A stretch of DNA of 64,000 bases, from assembly GCA_965223865.1 (NCBI GenBank), contig OZ245020.1:224001-288000 (forward strand), given 5' to 3'. Of this stretch, positions 30,699 to 41,622 are shown in pieces (the first letter of the stretch is position 1; the number at the start of each line of letters is the position of its first letter). The notes under the pieces were generated by a model. The model worked only from the letters and a program-made list of their open reading frames with translations, was not told the DNA's origin and searched no databases. The position numbers and the translations under genes are program-made. Source of the DNA: Nitrosarchaeum sp. GTDB taxonomy: Archaea > Thermoproteota > Nitrososphaeria > Nitrososphaerales > Nitrosopumilaceae.

Positions 30699-30722
30699 GG
30701 CATACTATAGCATACCATGGTA
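30693..30722. promoter_or_regulatory. Putative TA autoregulatory operator (three 10-bp palindromic units over the start codon)
   Basis: TACCATGGCA TACTATAGCA TACCATGGTA. Confidence 0.6.
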
Positions 30723-30803
30723 TAAAAATCATTAGGTAAATTTCAGTCACATAATATCTTGAAAAAGTTGTAAAATGTACCCAGAAATGATGTTCATATA
30801 TCA

Positions 30804-32113
30804 TCATACTTTGGCACCAATTGATGCCAAGACACTCAGAAATTCCTCTTCTGCTATTTGCTTAGAATCTGCATCATCTTGTGCAAGCATTACCGGGGTT
30901 GTAACTCCACTCCACTTGTCATTGAGTTGTTCATAGGGTATCTTTGCAGCCCATCGTCTTTTGTTGTTTCTGTTTGTTACAAGAATGATCATTGGGATGT
31001 GCAGCTTTTTGGCCAAGATGATCTCTGGCACACAGTCATCAGCTGAGATTCTGCGTTGCTTTCTTTTTGGTTGATCCTTTAGCGTAAATGATTTGTTGGA
31101 GTCTACTGCAACTATCTCTGTAGTACTTTCTTCTCCAGTACCATCAACATCATAACAGATGATTCTCTTCTTTTTTATTATAAAATCAGGCTGTCCTGCA
31201 CCATGGCCGTCAGTTACCTCAAAACCTACATCTCGCAAATATTGTGCCATCTCCTCTTGCTTTTTGTGACCTATGATACGGTTTGCAATGCCGTCCTGTG
31301 TAGTCAGAATAGTCTCTGTGTTTGAGTCATTTGCAGAGAATCATCATCTGGGATATTTCTTACATCATTATCAGAATCAGAAATTTTCTTGTTTTGTGCA
31401 TTGAGTGCCTCAGTTTGTGACAATAATATCTCATACTGGTTTGGATTCTGTGCAAACCATTGCTGAACTGTCTTGAGAATATCATTTTGTTTTTGTTGGC
31501 TCTCAATTAGTTGATCAATCTTTTCATCTTGTATCTTTTGGTGTGTTGCTCTTTGTTCTTCATTTATGTTAAATTGAGATATTTTGTCTTGTATATTTTG
31601 CTGGTTTTCTGTAATTTTTTTAATTTCAGGGATTATGGTATCAGTTAGTTTCATTGCAAAATTTTCCAGTTTCTCTTCTGTTCTGTCTTGCATTTTTTCT
31701 GCAAATTCATCTAGTGTTGGCGTGATGATTGTGTTCACCTGCTTGGCTATCTTGGTACCGTCTGTTCTTAGTCCTGCATCCTCTTCTTGTCCAATACTTT
31801 CTCCAAACGAGACCAACTTGAAGAACAAAAACCACAACAATACAACAAAGGAAATTGCAATTGGTATGATAGCATATTCTTGGTTGATTCCATTATTGCC
31901 ATCAAATATGGTTTCCAGTGGGAATAACAGCAAACTATGATGATACAGTACAACAAAGGTTATTGCAACTGCAGAAACTGTGGGAGCTGCAAATCTGGCC
32001 AGAATTCTGATGATTCCACTTGCAGAGTATCCCTTGAGCGCACCTGCAAACAAGGGAATTACTCCCAAAACCACCAAAATTATCACATCAAAAAGAAGAT
32101 TACTATCATTCAT
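30804..32113 (-). pseudogene. Membrane-anchored coiled-coil protein fused to a PD-(D/E)XK (Hjc-like) nuclease, split by a frameshift near 31305-31340
   Basis: 31304-32113 has 3 TM segments plus a Q/K-rich coiled coil. The overlapping frame is open as ...ANDSNTETILTTQDGIANRIIGHKKQEEMAQYLRDVGFEV...GQPDFII... Confidence 0.6.
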
Positions 32114-32294
32114 CGTATGGCACCTCCTTTTCTTCTTCTTTTGCAGAATCAAGCAATACCCGTCGGACTTTGGCCTGGTGTGCCAGTAATGCATTCCTAA
32201 AGGAAGCAATCTCAAAGCCAAGCTCAAGTATTTTTTGCCGTATATTGATTAGATCACTTTGCATTATGGTCATCGTCATGACTGGCTTTTTCAT
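32106..32294 (-). CDS. Small helical protein (62 aa) upstream of the membrane nuclease
   Basis: Overlaps the next start and contains its GGAGGTG RBS. Confidence 0.55.
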   Translation of the reverse strand: MKKPVMTMTIMQSDLINIRQKILELGFEIASFRNALLAHQAKVRRVLLDSAKEEEKEVPYDE

Positions 32295-32362
32295 GACATA
32301 CTATAGTGAGCGTTTTATAAGAAAAAACAGGCACCTAAAATACGAACAGCTAGGAATGATTT

Positions 32363-33550
32363 ATGCGCATGACCCATGGAAGAAGCAAATCAGCTGCAGG
32401 AGGTGGAAAGACACGGTTAAACTTTAGCATTGATGCAGATCTTTCAGTAATTTTGGATATATTCGCAAAAGAGACCCAAATGAACAAGAGCCAGATTCTC
32501 AACAATATAATCAGGCCAATGCTTGCGATGTTTGCCAAGACTCCAGCTGTGGAAGTTGAAGGGGTAATCACAAACAGGATTGAGGCAGAACACAAAAACC
32601 AAGAAAAGAAAAACGTCAGAATCCTACGTGAACTTCGTACGATAGTGAAGGAAGCAAAAAATTTGCAAGAGATTTCTTCCCCAGACATAGAAAATAACAC
32701 AGCATTACAACAAAAAGAAAAGTCATTTTCACGGATGGCAACAATAAATGCACAGATTGCCTCAGATGCACAAACTGCAGTAAGAATGTTGCAGAACGTA
32801 CTGTATGTCTTGGATACAATAGCAGACATGACACGACATACTGCGTTTGTGGCAAGTACAGAGACAAGATGTCATGCATACATTGCAGAACTGCAAAAAA
32901 CACTGGAAAATCATAGACCGACAGAACCCAAAACAGACAATTGGTTTATGCAAGCGATAAACAGGAAAAGAAAAGAAGCAAGCATTTACAACAGTCAACA
33001 ACAACTCAGACCAATCCCTCTTTTTGAGTTTAGAGAGGAATTCTCAGATATAGTACTTGACATGAGAAACAGATGTCTGGAAATGTGCAACAGAATGCAA
33101 CAAAAGAGAACATACGAGGAAGATGCAATATTTGAATGCTGCAGATATGCCTCTGCGTCAATCAACGAGATATGCAGAAAAGACACAGATCTGGTCATTG
33201 ATTCATACAAATATAATGAATCTGCTGGAATCCTAAATGTGGATGTATCAGAGCTGAAGATGCTTCAAAAATATAGCATTGACAAGGTATACTGTGATGG
33301 AGAACCGTGTAAATTTAACATCATAGAACGAGAACAGAATGAATCTGTCCATCCTACCTCCGATTTTATGATTCAATTCAAACCTTGCAACAAATTTCCT
33401 GAAAATGATGACAATACAAAACACACTATAACAATAATGCTGTCCGGATGCATGGAATTCTCCTATGATATTATATACAAAAGACAATCTGAGAAAAACG
33501 CTTCATTTATTGACTATCATGTAAATGTAATACCTGATTTTGAATTATAA
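32363..33550 (+). CDS. Protein with N-terminal ribbon-helix-helix (CopG-like) domain and coiled coil
   Basis: TRLNFSIDADLSVILDIFAKETQMNKSQILNNII fits an RHH pattern; the remainder is unrecognised. Confidence 0.65.
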   Translation: MRMTHGRSKSAAGGGKTRLNFSIDADLSVILDIFAKETQMNKSQILNNIIRPMLAMFAKTPAVEVEGVITNRIEAEHKNQEKKNVRILRELRTIVKEAKNLQEISSPDIENNTALQQKEKSFSRMATINAQIASDAQTAVRMLQNVLYVLDTIADMTRHTAFVASTETRCHAYIAELQKTLENHRPTEPKTDNWFMQAINRKRKEASIYNSQQQLRPIPLFEFREEFSDIVLDMRNRCLEMCNRMQQKRTYEEDAIFECCRYASASINEICRKDTDLVIDSYKYNESAGILNVDVSELKMLQKYSIDKVYCDGEPCKFNIIEREQNESVHPTSDFMIQFKPCNKFPENDDNTKHTITIMLSGCMEFSYDIIYKRQSEKNASFIDYHVNVIPDFEL

Positions 33551-33810
33551 TGTTAAGATGATATTTTCTAGATTTCACACAATATCTTATCTAAAACGTC
33601 AGATTAATTTAACGTGACTTTAATTATTTTTTAATAATAAATCTACTTATGACCGATTTAAAAAAGGAAACAATGTTTAAAGAAATTACGGATCTTGAAC
33701 AAATAATTTACTTTAAGCAAGAATTAGATAATAACAATAACGACAATTTGGGATTTAAATAAAGAAACAACAGAATATAATATATTTACTTCGTAGTTTA
33801 TAGCCATAAC

Positions 33811-35007
33811 ATGCTAAAAGCTAGACATAGCAACGAATTTGGTGGTAAACCAATTGATAATACATTGAATGTTTTAGTGGTTGACAATAATACACTTTTA
33901 ATCAATTTATTAGAAAAATCACTAATTCAAGATAGTGTCAATATTTCTGCAGTTACAAACATAGACGATGCAATACAGTTGCTAAAAGAGAAAATTTTTG
34001 ATGCAGTATTGTGTGATGGTCCTATTGACAACTATTCCAAAGAAACAATTCTGGAGATATTTGAACAGAACAATTTTCTTCGAGATCAAAGAATTGTACT
34101 TTTTAGTGGGTTTACACAACCTGATTTCATTGAAAAATGGAAAAGAAAAGGATTATACAGTCATATAAAAAAACCAACATCTAGAAAAAAAATATTAGAA
34201 TTTTTACAAGCAACAAAAAATGATCCCAACTTAAAAAAAGTCAATTCTCAAACTATTCATGAACAAATTAAGGAGGAAGCTACACCAGAACAGCTAGCTA
34301 AAGTAGAGGAATTAACAAAACAAATTGAAGAATTAGAATCACAATCGACAAAACCAACTCCAAGTATAGAAAGTACACACAAAGCAGAGATTGATTTAGA
34401 ATCAGCTGAACAAACTATAGAAGATGAAACGGAGGAGGAAGCTACACCAGAACAGCTAGCTAAAGTAGAGGAATTAACAAAACAAATTGAAGAATTAGAA
34501 TCACAATCGACAAAACCAACTCCAAGTATAGAAAGTACACACAAAGCAGAGATTGATTTAGAATCAGCTGAACAAACTATAGAAGATGAAACGGAGGAGG
34601 AAGCTACACCAGAACAGCTAGCTAAAGTAGAGGAATTAACAAAACAAATTGAAGAATTAGAATCACAATCGACAAAACCAACTCCAAGTATAGAAAGTAC
34701 ACACAAAGCAGAGATTGATTTAGAATCAGCTGAACAAACTACGTTTGAAACTCAATCTAATAGTGAATTTAAAAATATTTTATCTAAATTAGCTTCTATA
34801 AAAAATCAATTTCTATATAACACATCAGATACATCAGATATAGGCCACACACAAATTATTGAAGAGTTATTTAATCTTAAGAAAGAGATAGGTAAAATAA
34901 GAAGAAAAGTTTACAGATCGCATACAAAACAAAAACGTAGTAAATCTACATCAACACAAAACAAGAAAACAAAAAAACAACATTTATCTAAAAAGAAACA
35001 TAAGTAG
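33811..35007 (+). CDS. Response regulator receiver domain + acidic 54-aa tandem repeats + basic tail
   Basis: VLVVDNN...FDAVLCD...FSG...IKKP, then three EEATPEQLAKVEEL... repeats. Confidence 0.8.
   Translation: MLKARHSNEFGGKPIDNTLNVLVVDNNTLLINLLEKSLIQDSVNISAVTNIDDAIQLLKEKIFDAVLCDGPIDNYSKETILEIFEQNNFLRDQRIVLFSGFTQPDFIEKWKRKGLYSHIKKPTSRKKILEFLQATKNDPNLKKVNSQTIHEQIKEEATPEQLAKVEELTKQIEELESQSTKPTPSIESTHKAEIDLESAEQTIEDETEEEATPEQLAKVEELTKQIEELESQSTKPTPSIESTHKAEIDLESAEQTIEDETEEEATPEQLAKVEELTKQIEELESQSTKPTPSIESTHKAEIDLESAEQTTFETQSNSEFKNILSKLASIKNQFLYNTSDTSDIGHTQIIEELFNLKKEIGKIRRKVYRSHTKQKRSKSTSTQNKKTKKQHLSKKKHK
34272..34741 (+). repeat. 162-bp perfect tandem repeat, ~2.9 copies
   Basis: GCTACACCAG recurs at 34279, 34441 and 34603; the copies appear identical. 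Confidence 0.95.
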
Positions 35008-35398
35008 TTTTTATCATATGCAAGATTTGATTACACTATAAAGAAAATTTTTGCTAACAACTCTTAAATTACTTTTTATATGTAGAATGAAATGCCAATA
35101 AATCTACAATTGTTTACCAGTAGACTTTGGTTAATGTTCAATCATATCTTTTACGATTACTTCATTTTTTGAGTTTTCATTGTAATATTTTGATTATGAT
35201 GAAACGTATTTGTTAATTATAAATAGATTTAACATACGATAAAACGTCAGAAAAAGTTTTTTTGAGAATATACAAAAGATTTTGAGAAAAGAGTTTCCCA
35301 AAGATTTGAAGTTAGATAAATGTGGAAAATGAATTTTAACAGTTACTGATGTTAGATTACTAACATTTATTTTATAAAATATGTATATAATTGGAATA

Positions 35399-35794
35399 AT
35401 GAGTAAAGGTTATGATGACATATCACTTCCTACAGAAAACATAATAATCAATAAAAAATTGATGGTTTATGGTGCAATTGGTATATCAATAATAATTTTA
35501 ACAATTATTATGATTCCTCTACTTCCAAAAAGCTTGGATGATAAAATCAATATTCTTTATGATGATGCGCAAAATTATCTAAATGATGGAAATTTGTTAC
35601 AAGCTAAATTAATTTATTCAAAAATAATCGAACTAAAACCAAATGAAGAAAAGGCATGGCATGAAAAAGGAAAGATACTTGTGAGAACAAATTCCTGTAC
35701 TGAAGCAGTGAATCACTACGAGAATTATATAATAAACTTCCCAGATTCATCACGTGGCGCAGAAGGATTTGAACTTGCTAAATTGTGTAAATAG
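35399..35794 (+). CDS. Membrane-anchored TPR protein
   Basis: One TM segment, then A..Y..GN...A...Y..IIEL.P...AW..KG TPR pattern. Confidence 0.75.
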   Translation: MSKGYDDISLPTENIIINKKLMVYGAIGISIIILTIIMIPLLPKSLDDKINILYDDAQNYLNDGNLLQAKLIYSKIIELKPNEEKAWHEKGKILVRTNSCTEAVNHYENYIINFPDSSRGAEGFELAKLCK

Positions 35795-35962
35795 AATATT
35801 AAGTATGGAGAATTTTGTACTAAATATCACTAGTGGCACAAAATCAATAACCAATTAAGTTTTACAAAAGATGTACATTCTATTAGAGTTATTCAAAACA
35901 ATTGATGTCGTACCGTTGTATAACATTCATTATTACACATTGGTGTTACTAAAAGTTAAAAA

Positions 35963-36727
35963 CTATGCGGGAGTCATTTCTTCATATTCAACACTGTTAC
36001 CATTATCATCGTTATTATTTTCTAGGGGTTCAGCAGATATGGATGAGTTTAAGACATTTTTTGATATCTCAACTAAATCTTTGAATGATGTGAGGATGTG
36101 GTTTATGCTAGTAGTTAAATTAACACTATAGTTATTGACTAATGTCAATTTTGTATTATATGATTTTTCGACTTGTGAAAAGTCTTTATCTATCTTTTCT
36201 TTTTTACTAAGACAAAAACTTGTAAATTCTTCTGCTGCTTTTAGTTCAGATTCTAATCGTTCTACTGTGGTAGTCTTTCTAATTAGAGCAGGTTTTAGAG
36301 CTTCTATAGCAATTTCTGCCTCATTTGTATCAAGATTTGAAGCAATATTTGTGATATTCTCTATAGCTTGTTTTATTATATTCAGATCACTTTTTGCCAT
36401 TTCAGCTTTTTTCTGTAAATCTCTTTTTTCTATTACTGCTTTTTCTGATTCAATTGATGCTTTTCTTTTTTCATAACTTTTTTCTTGTAAGATTGATTGT
36501 AATTCATCAACTTCAGTTTTATTTTTTAATACAATATTTCTGGATTTGGTAATAGCCTGTAGTACATCATCAATACTAGCCTTAAAATAAATCTCCAATC
36601 GTTTTTCATCTGAAATTAACTGTATTTCTTTAAGGGTATTTTCAATTTCAGATAGTTGAAAATCATTAAAACGTCTATTCTCTCCTATATCATTTGATTT
36701 TGTCTCACTTACTGTATACAATTCCAC
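35963..36727 (-). CDS. Coiled-coil hypothetical protein
   Basis: 254 aa, E/K-rich heptads. Confidence 0.7.
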   Translation of the reverse strand: MELYTVSETKSNDIGENRRFNDFQLSEIENTLKEIQLISDEKRLEIYFKASIDDVLQAITKSRNIVLKNKTEVDELQSILQEKSYEKRKASIESEKAVIEKRDLQKKAEMAKSDLNIIKQAIENITNIASNLDTNEAEIAIEALKPALIRKTTTVERLESELKAAEEFTSFCLSKKEKIDKDFSQVEKSYNTKLTLVNNYSVNLTTSINHILTSFKDLVEISKNVLNSSISAEPLENNNDDNGNSVEYEEMTPA

Positions 36728-36888
36728 ATGTCTATCAATTTAACATTAATATTCTTTATTATTGTGCTCAACACGATAAGAACATTTATGTGCAACAAAA
36801 CATTTGGTTTTATCATATTCACATTTGCATCCACAATTTCTTTATGTTCAAAAGTAAAATATTATCTATTGAAACAAAATGTTGGGCT

Positions 36889-37911
36889 TTATATCTTGTA
36901 TAATCTACTTTCTGCCCAATTTGCTTGATTAACTTCAAATCTACTGCTACAGGAATTACATTCCAGTTTATGATCTAGAGTAGAGAATTTATCATTACAA
37001 TTATTGCACACATAATAATTTTCTAGCCTTTGGTAATCAACTCCAAGTATTTTTAGTTCTTTACTGCACTTAGAACATTTACCATTTACATAGTTTTTAG
37101 CAGGTTCTACGTTGCCACATTCATGATGTTCAATTAATGGTTCTTTAGAAAAAATTTTACTACTACAGGTAGGACAAGAAAAAGTAGATACTAGATTAGA
37201 AGACGAACATCGATTACATATAGGTTCATTACATGTTCCAATATTCTTTATAGTACTTGAGGTTTCCAATTCTCTTATATTTTTGTCAATGATATTTTTT
37301 TCAATTTTTAACATATCTGAAATACGATTATTACTTAGCAATCCATATGTCAATAATGAAATTATTTTTTCTTTGGTATCAGGTTGTTGTTGAGGTTTGT
37401 TAGTGATGATATTCTTTTCTTGTTTTATTTTTTCAATTACTTCTTTTAGTCTATCTAAGTTTAGTGGTTTCTGAACATAATCATAAATTCCCATGTTAAG
37501 TAGTTCTATTATCCTTTTGTCTGATTTTTCTAATGCAGATAGCAATATTATTATCGCTCGTGGATATATTTCAAAAAGCTTTGATACCATCTTCTTTGGT
37601 TGAATATCACCTAAGCTGTCACCTAACACTATAGATACAATTTTTTGTTCTTCTTTTATCAAATTTTCATAATATGCCAATCCACCATTTCCGGTACTTG
37701 CCAGATGTATCTCTTTAAAACCCAGAGTAGAAAAATACTTTTGAAGGGTAGATGAAACTGAAATACTATCCTCAATTATTAAAATCGAGTCAATACTAAA
37801 AATATTATCTTCAAGTGCATTAAGCTGAGCAATATCAATACTCTTTTTTTTTAACTGCTCAACAATGTCGATATCTTCTTGTTGTCTTTTAATAGGTGGT
37901 ATGCTTTCCAT
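36889..37911 (-). CDS. Response regulator: REC + wHTH + TackOD1-like multi-zinc-ribbon output domain
   Basis: ILIIED...DYVQKP, then CNRC, CPTC, EHHECG, CSKC, LGVDY, CNNC and CNSC. Confidence 0.8.
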   Translation of the reverse strand: MESIPPIKRQQEDIDIVEQLKKKSIDIAQLNALEDNIFSIDSILIIEDSISVSSTLQKYFSTLGFKEIHLASTGNGGLAYYENLIKEEQKIVSIVLGDSLGDIQPKKMVSKLFEIYPRAIIILLSALEKSDKRIIELLNMGIYDYVQKPLNLDRLKEVIEKIKQEKNIITNKPQQQPDTKEKIISLLTYGLLSNNRISDMLKIEKNIIDKNIRELETSSTIKNIGTCNEPICNRCSSSNLVSTFSCPTCSSKIFSKEPLIEHHECGNVEPAKNYVNGKCSKCSKELKILGVDYQRLENYYVCNNCNDKFSTLDHKLECNSCSSRFEVNQANWAESRLYKI

Positions 37912-38016
37912 GATAATTCATTATTTCCTAATTTTTTTATGTTGTGTTACTCATTATCTTCACTCTTTTAATGTTTTATATGCATTGTCAGTAATAGCAA
38001 AAAATTTTGCAAAAAA

Positions 38017-40407
38017 CTAGCTCCATTTAATGCCCTTTTTGAATACTGCTTTTAGATTAGCCTTAAATATTATAAATTTCAGTAATGGCCTATAACATAA
38101 TGCCATTATTGGCACCAACCAAACAAGATGATAATTTTTCTTAGCTGAAAGAATATTTGAGAAGAAAAATGTAGCAAATTCCATCATAATGAACAAAAGT
38201 GAAGTTAAGATTATAACATTAGACAAGCTATGAACATCAATAACACCAAATATTGAGAAGAATACCAGTCCAATGACGTACGCAACAAAGAGGATGTTCA
38301 AAACAAAATCAAACACAAACATGCTTAGTTTAGTAGGACGAGTTCTGGGTGAATTTCTTTTTGTTATGCCATGTTTTCTTAAGGTAGTATACTCTCCAAA
38401 GGCCCATCTTTCTCGTTGTTTAATCCATGCGCTTAGATTACTTGGACAATAAGTCCATGCTATTGCATCACCTAAAAATTGGATATTATTTTTACCACTA
38501 TCTTTGCGTTTAAGCATTTTTAGTGTCAGATCAAAGTCCTCAGTTATTGTATCTTTATCATACTTTCCTACACTTTCAAAGACATTTCTTCTAAAAACTC
38601 CAAAGGCTCCAGATATGATTGCAACTATAGTTGTAAATCCTAAAGTAGAGAATCTTCGCCCCAACTCCATTGCAACAAGGTATTCGTAGGATTGAAGTTT
38701 TGTAAGTAAATTATGAACAGGTCTTCCATCAGAGCCAGGATCCCCCCCAGCTATTCTTACATTTCCAGCAACAGCCATAACAGCATCGTCCTTAAAACGA
38801 TTAACAATTCGATGAAGTGACTGTGGTTCTATTACAGTGTCTCCATCCATACATAAGATAAGATCTCCTGTGGCATATACAGAACCATAATTCAGTGCTG
38901 TTGCCTTTGAACCACTAGCTTGATTGCGATGGATTAGTTTTATTAAGCCTTGATCACTAAATTTTTTAGCAATAAGATACGTATTATCTGTAGATCCATC
39001 GTCAATCACAATAATTTCTTTGTTGCTATATTCTGTTCCCAGTACAGAATTAATAGAATTTTCTAATCCTGCCTCCTCATTATGAGCAGGAATCATAATT
39101 GTAATTTTTGGGTGATAAAAAGAATCATGTAATATTTGATGTTTTGTTCTAGACGCAAAGGTTACAATAATTTTTGATATCAAAATGATATAATCAAGAG
39201 TAAGTGGAAATATCAACATTAAAATTAAGATCAGTGGGTCCCATATGAAAAATAGTTGCAACCAATCAACAAATAGTTCTGGTGATGTGTCAACAAATTG
39301 ATAAGGAATCCTCAAATTTGTGGTTGCTAAAACAGCTCCATTGTTTTTGTCTTCTATATGTAGTGTATTATAATCTGAAAGAGGTTGTTGTAAGGTATCA
39401 GTATTGATCTCCACACATAAAGTTCGGTTTCCTCTTTTGTCATTAAGCTGACCTACCTCAATTCTGTCTGAAAAATTATTTCCACTTAGAAAAATATATG
39501 GATCAGGGTTGGACACCATCTTAGTTGAACCATCAAGTCCTTCAGTCAGTTTTATGTAATCATTTTTGTCATATGATAGATTAAATGTAGATACTCTTAC
39601 CTGAAGAAAGTTTTCAAATACGGCAGTTTCAACTCGCCCTGTAGATATTCCTTTTTGACCTTCTATGTATCCAATCTTACGTGATTTATCATAGAAATCC
39701 ACAGAACAAATATCCATACCAGGTGACATATTAGACAAAGTTATACGTCCTGATGTGATGGGTGAAGCATCAGTGAAAGGTATTGCATAAAATAATTGTT
39801 CAGGAAAGATTGAAAGCCACTCATTAAATAAATTTGGATTTTGGAGTTTAATTTTTACAATTGTTTTTTGATTATCATCTCTAATTTCAATTAATCTAAT
39901 CTCATTTAGAGAAATATTGTTTGGAATTTTATGTTCACTATAATCGGAATGTGTTCTTAGTTTTCCTTCGAGTGGGATTTCTCGATAATCATTAGTGATG
40001 ATAAAGGTTGAAAGATTACTTGATTCATTTATCTGGTTATCTGAAATTATAAACTGTTCTAGTTTTAAAAACAGTTTTCCATTATCTGATAAAATTTTAG
40101 CTATACCACTTGCTTGATTATTATCTACACCTTTAAGAAATCCTAGTCTATGAATATTTTCATTGTAAGTAAATTCAGACAATTCATCTTTGTATTTATT
40201 TTCATAGTATATTCTAGAACTTTCATCCATATTTCCAAAAATTTCATATTGTTCTCTAGCTGATTTTTCAATTATTTTTGAGAAAGATAGTATATCATTA
40301 CTGTTATTACTTAGTGTTTGAGCTACACTGTTTTGTAATGGGTAAATTGCTAAAACAATCAACATGCACACAAATCCTGTAAAAGTTATTTTGACAAATA
40401 AATTCAA
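38017..40407 (-). CDS. Processive GT2 glycosyltransferase (PgaC/cellulose-synthase-like) with a large extracellular N-terminus, possibly DM13-like repeats
   Basis: IPAHNEE, DDGSTD, KATALN, DGD, TED and QRERW motifs, C-terminal TMs, and an N-terminal signal/TM plus ~350-aa extracellular region. Confidence 0.85.
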   Translation of the reverse strand: MNLFVKITFTGFVCMLIVLAIYPLQNSVAQTLSNNSNDILSFSKIIEKSAREQYEIFGNMDESSRIYYENKYKDELSEFTYNENIHRLGFLKGVDNNQASGIAKILSDNGKLFLKLEQFIISDNQINESSNLSTFIITNDYREIPLEGKLRTHSDYSEHKIPNNISLNEIRLIEIRDDNQKTIVKIKLQNPNLFNEWLSIFPEQLFYAIPFTDASPITSGRITLSNMSPGMDICSVDFYDKSRKIGYIEGQKGISTGRVETAVFENFLQVRVSTFNLSYDKNDYIKLTEGLDGSTKMVSNPDPYIFLSGNNFSDRIEVGQLNDKRGNRTLCVEINTDTLQQPLSDYNTLHIEDKNNGAVLATTNLRIPYQFVDTSPELFVDWLQLFFIWDPLILILMLIFPLTLDYIILISKIIVTFASRTKHQILHDSFYHPKITIMIPAHNEEAGLENSINSVLGTEYSNKEIIVIDDGSTDNTYLIAKKFSDQGLIKLIHRNQASGSKATALNYGSVYATGDLILCMDGDTVIEPQSLHRIVNRFKDDAVMAVAGNVRIAGGDPGSDGRPVHNLLTKLQSYEYLVAMELGRRFSTLGFTTIVAIISGAFGVFRRNVFESVGKYDKDTITEDFDLTLKMLKRKDSGKNNIQFLGDAIAWTYCPSNLSAWIKQRERWAFGEYTTLRKHGITKRNSPRTRPTKLSMFVFDFVLNILFVAYVIGLVFFSIFGVIDVHSLSNVIILTSLLFIMMEFATFFFSNILSAKKNYHLVWLVPIMALCYRPLLKFIIFKANLKAVFKKGIKWS

Positions 40408-40539
40408 TATTTGTGGTTCAAAAAGCTTGTTTATTAATTAATTAGGAAATATATAGGTAGTTCTATTTGAAAGTAATAATTTTACTTAACTATAGGTCAA
40501 TAATATTTTTAAGGCGATATTAGGGACTAAAACTAACGA

Positions 40540-41622
40540 TTGAAATTTTTAAAAGAATTTGTATTTTTGATTATGATAGTAGGTTTAGCAACTCCTGCGG
40601 GGGATGTATCTGCATTTATGTTAGGTGATGCAGATCCTTTCCTCAATAACATATGGTTGGAGCCAAGATATTTAGTACCGGGAGACATAGTTAGCATAAA
40701 CTCTTCAATATACAACCTAGGTACACAATCAACAAATTCTGTAACGGATGTAGTTACAATTGGTTATTTTTTGGATGGAGATTTAATTAAAATTGATATA
40801 CTCCCAGATATTGTTCCCGGAGAAAATAACGGAGTAAAGATTACAACAGGTCCCATATGGACTGCAATTGATGGAATTCACACTGTTACCGTAATTTTAA
40901 ATTATCATGATACTTTATCACACTTAACTGACAATCTTGAAAATAACATAATGCAAAAAGTATACTATATTGGTGATTGGGAGAATCCAAATCCACGTAT
41001 ATCAGCTGAATTATTTCAAGAATATAACCGAGATAGAGATAAGCAAAACATACAGATTACCGGTAAAGTTGATTTGCCACTAGATGTACTAAAATCAAAT
41101 CCTAAAGTCATCATACAATTTGGGGATGACGACAGTTATAATAATATAGATAACTTCAAACAACATTATACCGTTCCAATAGATCTAGATACGAGATCTT
41201 TTTATTTCAAAGAAACTCATCAATATTTTCAAACCACAATCCCCATTACTATATCCTATTCTACTGACAGAGGTGAAAGTTATGAATACAAATTACAAAC
41301 ATACCCAATCAAACTAAACGAGAATAACTCAGCTTGGATCTTACAGGAATCTACAGATAGTTTTAGATCTCAGAAATTTCTTGTGGTCATATATGATGAA
41401 TCTTATAATTTGATCAAGAAGGTTGAGACATATAATATACCTGACATAACAACAGAAAATACTGTCAATAGTTATGTTTCTGTAATACTACCAGGGGATC
41501 AACTGTATAATATGGAAGTGTATTCAGAAAGAGGAGATTTGATTTATGCATCATCAAAGTTCTTACAGGCGAATAATATAGTGATAGATGATCTAAATCA
41601 AAAATGGAGAGAATCTAATTGA
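40540..41622 (+). CDS. Secreted protein with CARDB/Ig-like domain
   Basis: Signal peptide; PGDIVSINSSIYNLG...W...G.HTVTVILN...ENN. Confidence 0.7.
   Translation: MKFLKEFVFLIMIVGLATPAGDVSAFMLGDADPFLNNIWLEPRYLVPGDIVSINSSIYNLGTQSTNSVTDVVTIGYFLDGDLIKIDILPDIVPGENNGVKITTGPIWTAIDGIHTVTVILNYHDTLSHLTDNLENNIMQKVYYIGDWENPNPRISAELFQEYNRDRDKQNIQITGKVDLPLDVLKSNPKVIIQFGDDDSYNNIDNFKQHYTVPIDLDTRSFYFKETHQYFQTTIPITISYSTDRGESYEYKLQTYPIKLNENNSAWILQESTDSFRSQKFLVVIYDESYNLIKKVETYNIPDITTENTVNSYVSVILPGDQLYNMEVYSERGDLIYASSKFLQANNIVIDDLNQKWRESN

Noticed and set aside
34257-34706. Cys/Ser-rich repetitive minus-strand ORF
   Set aside because: It is the antisense shadow of the 162-bp repeat in the response regulator.
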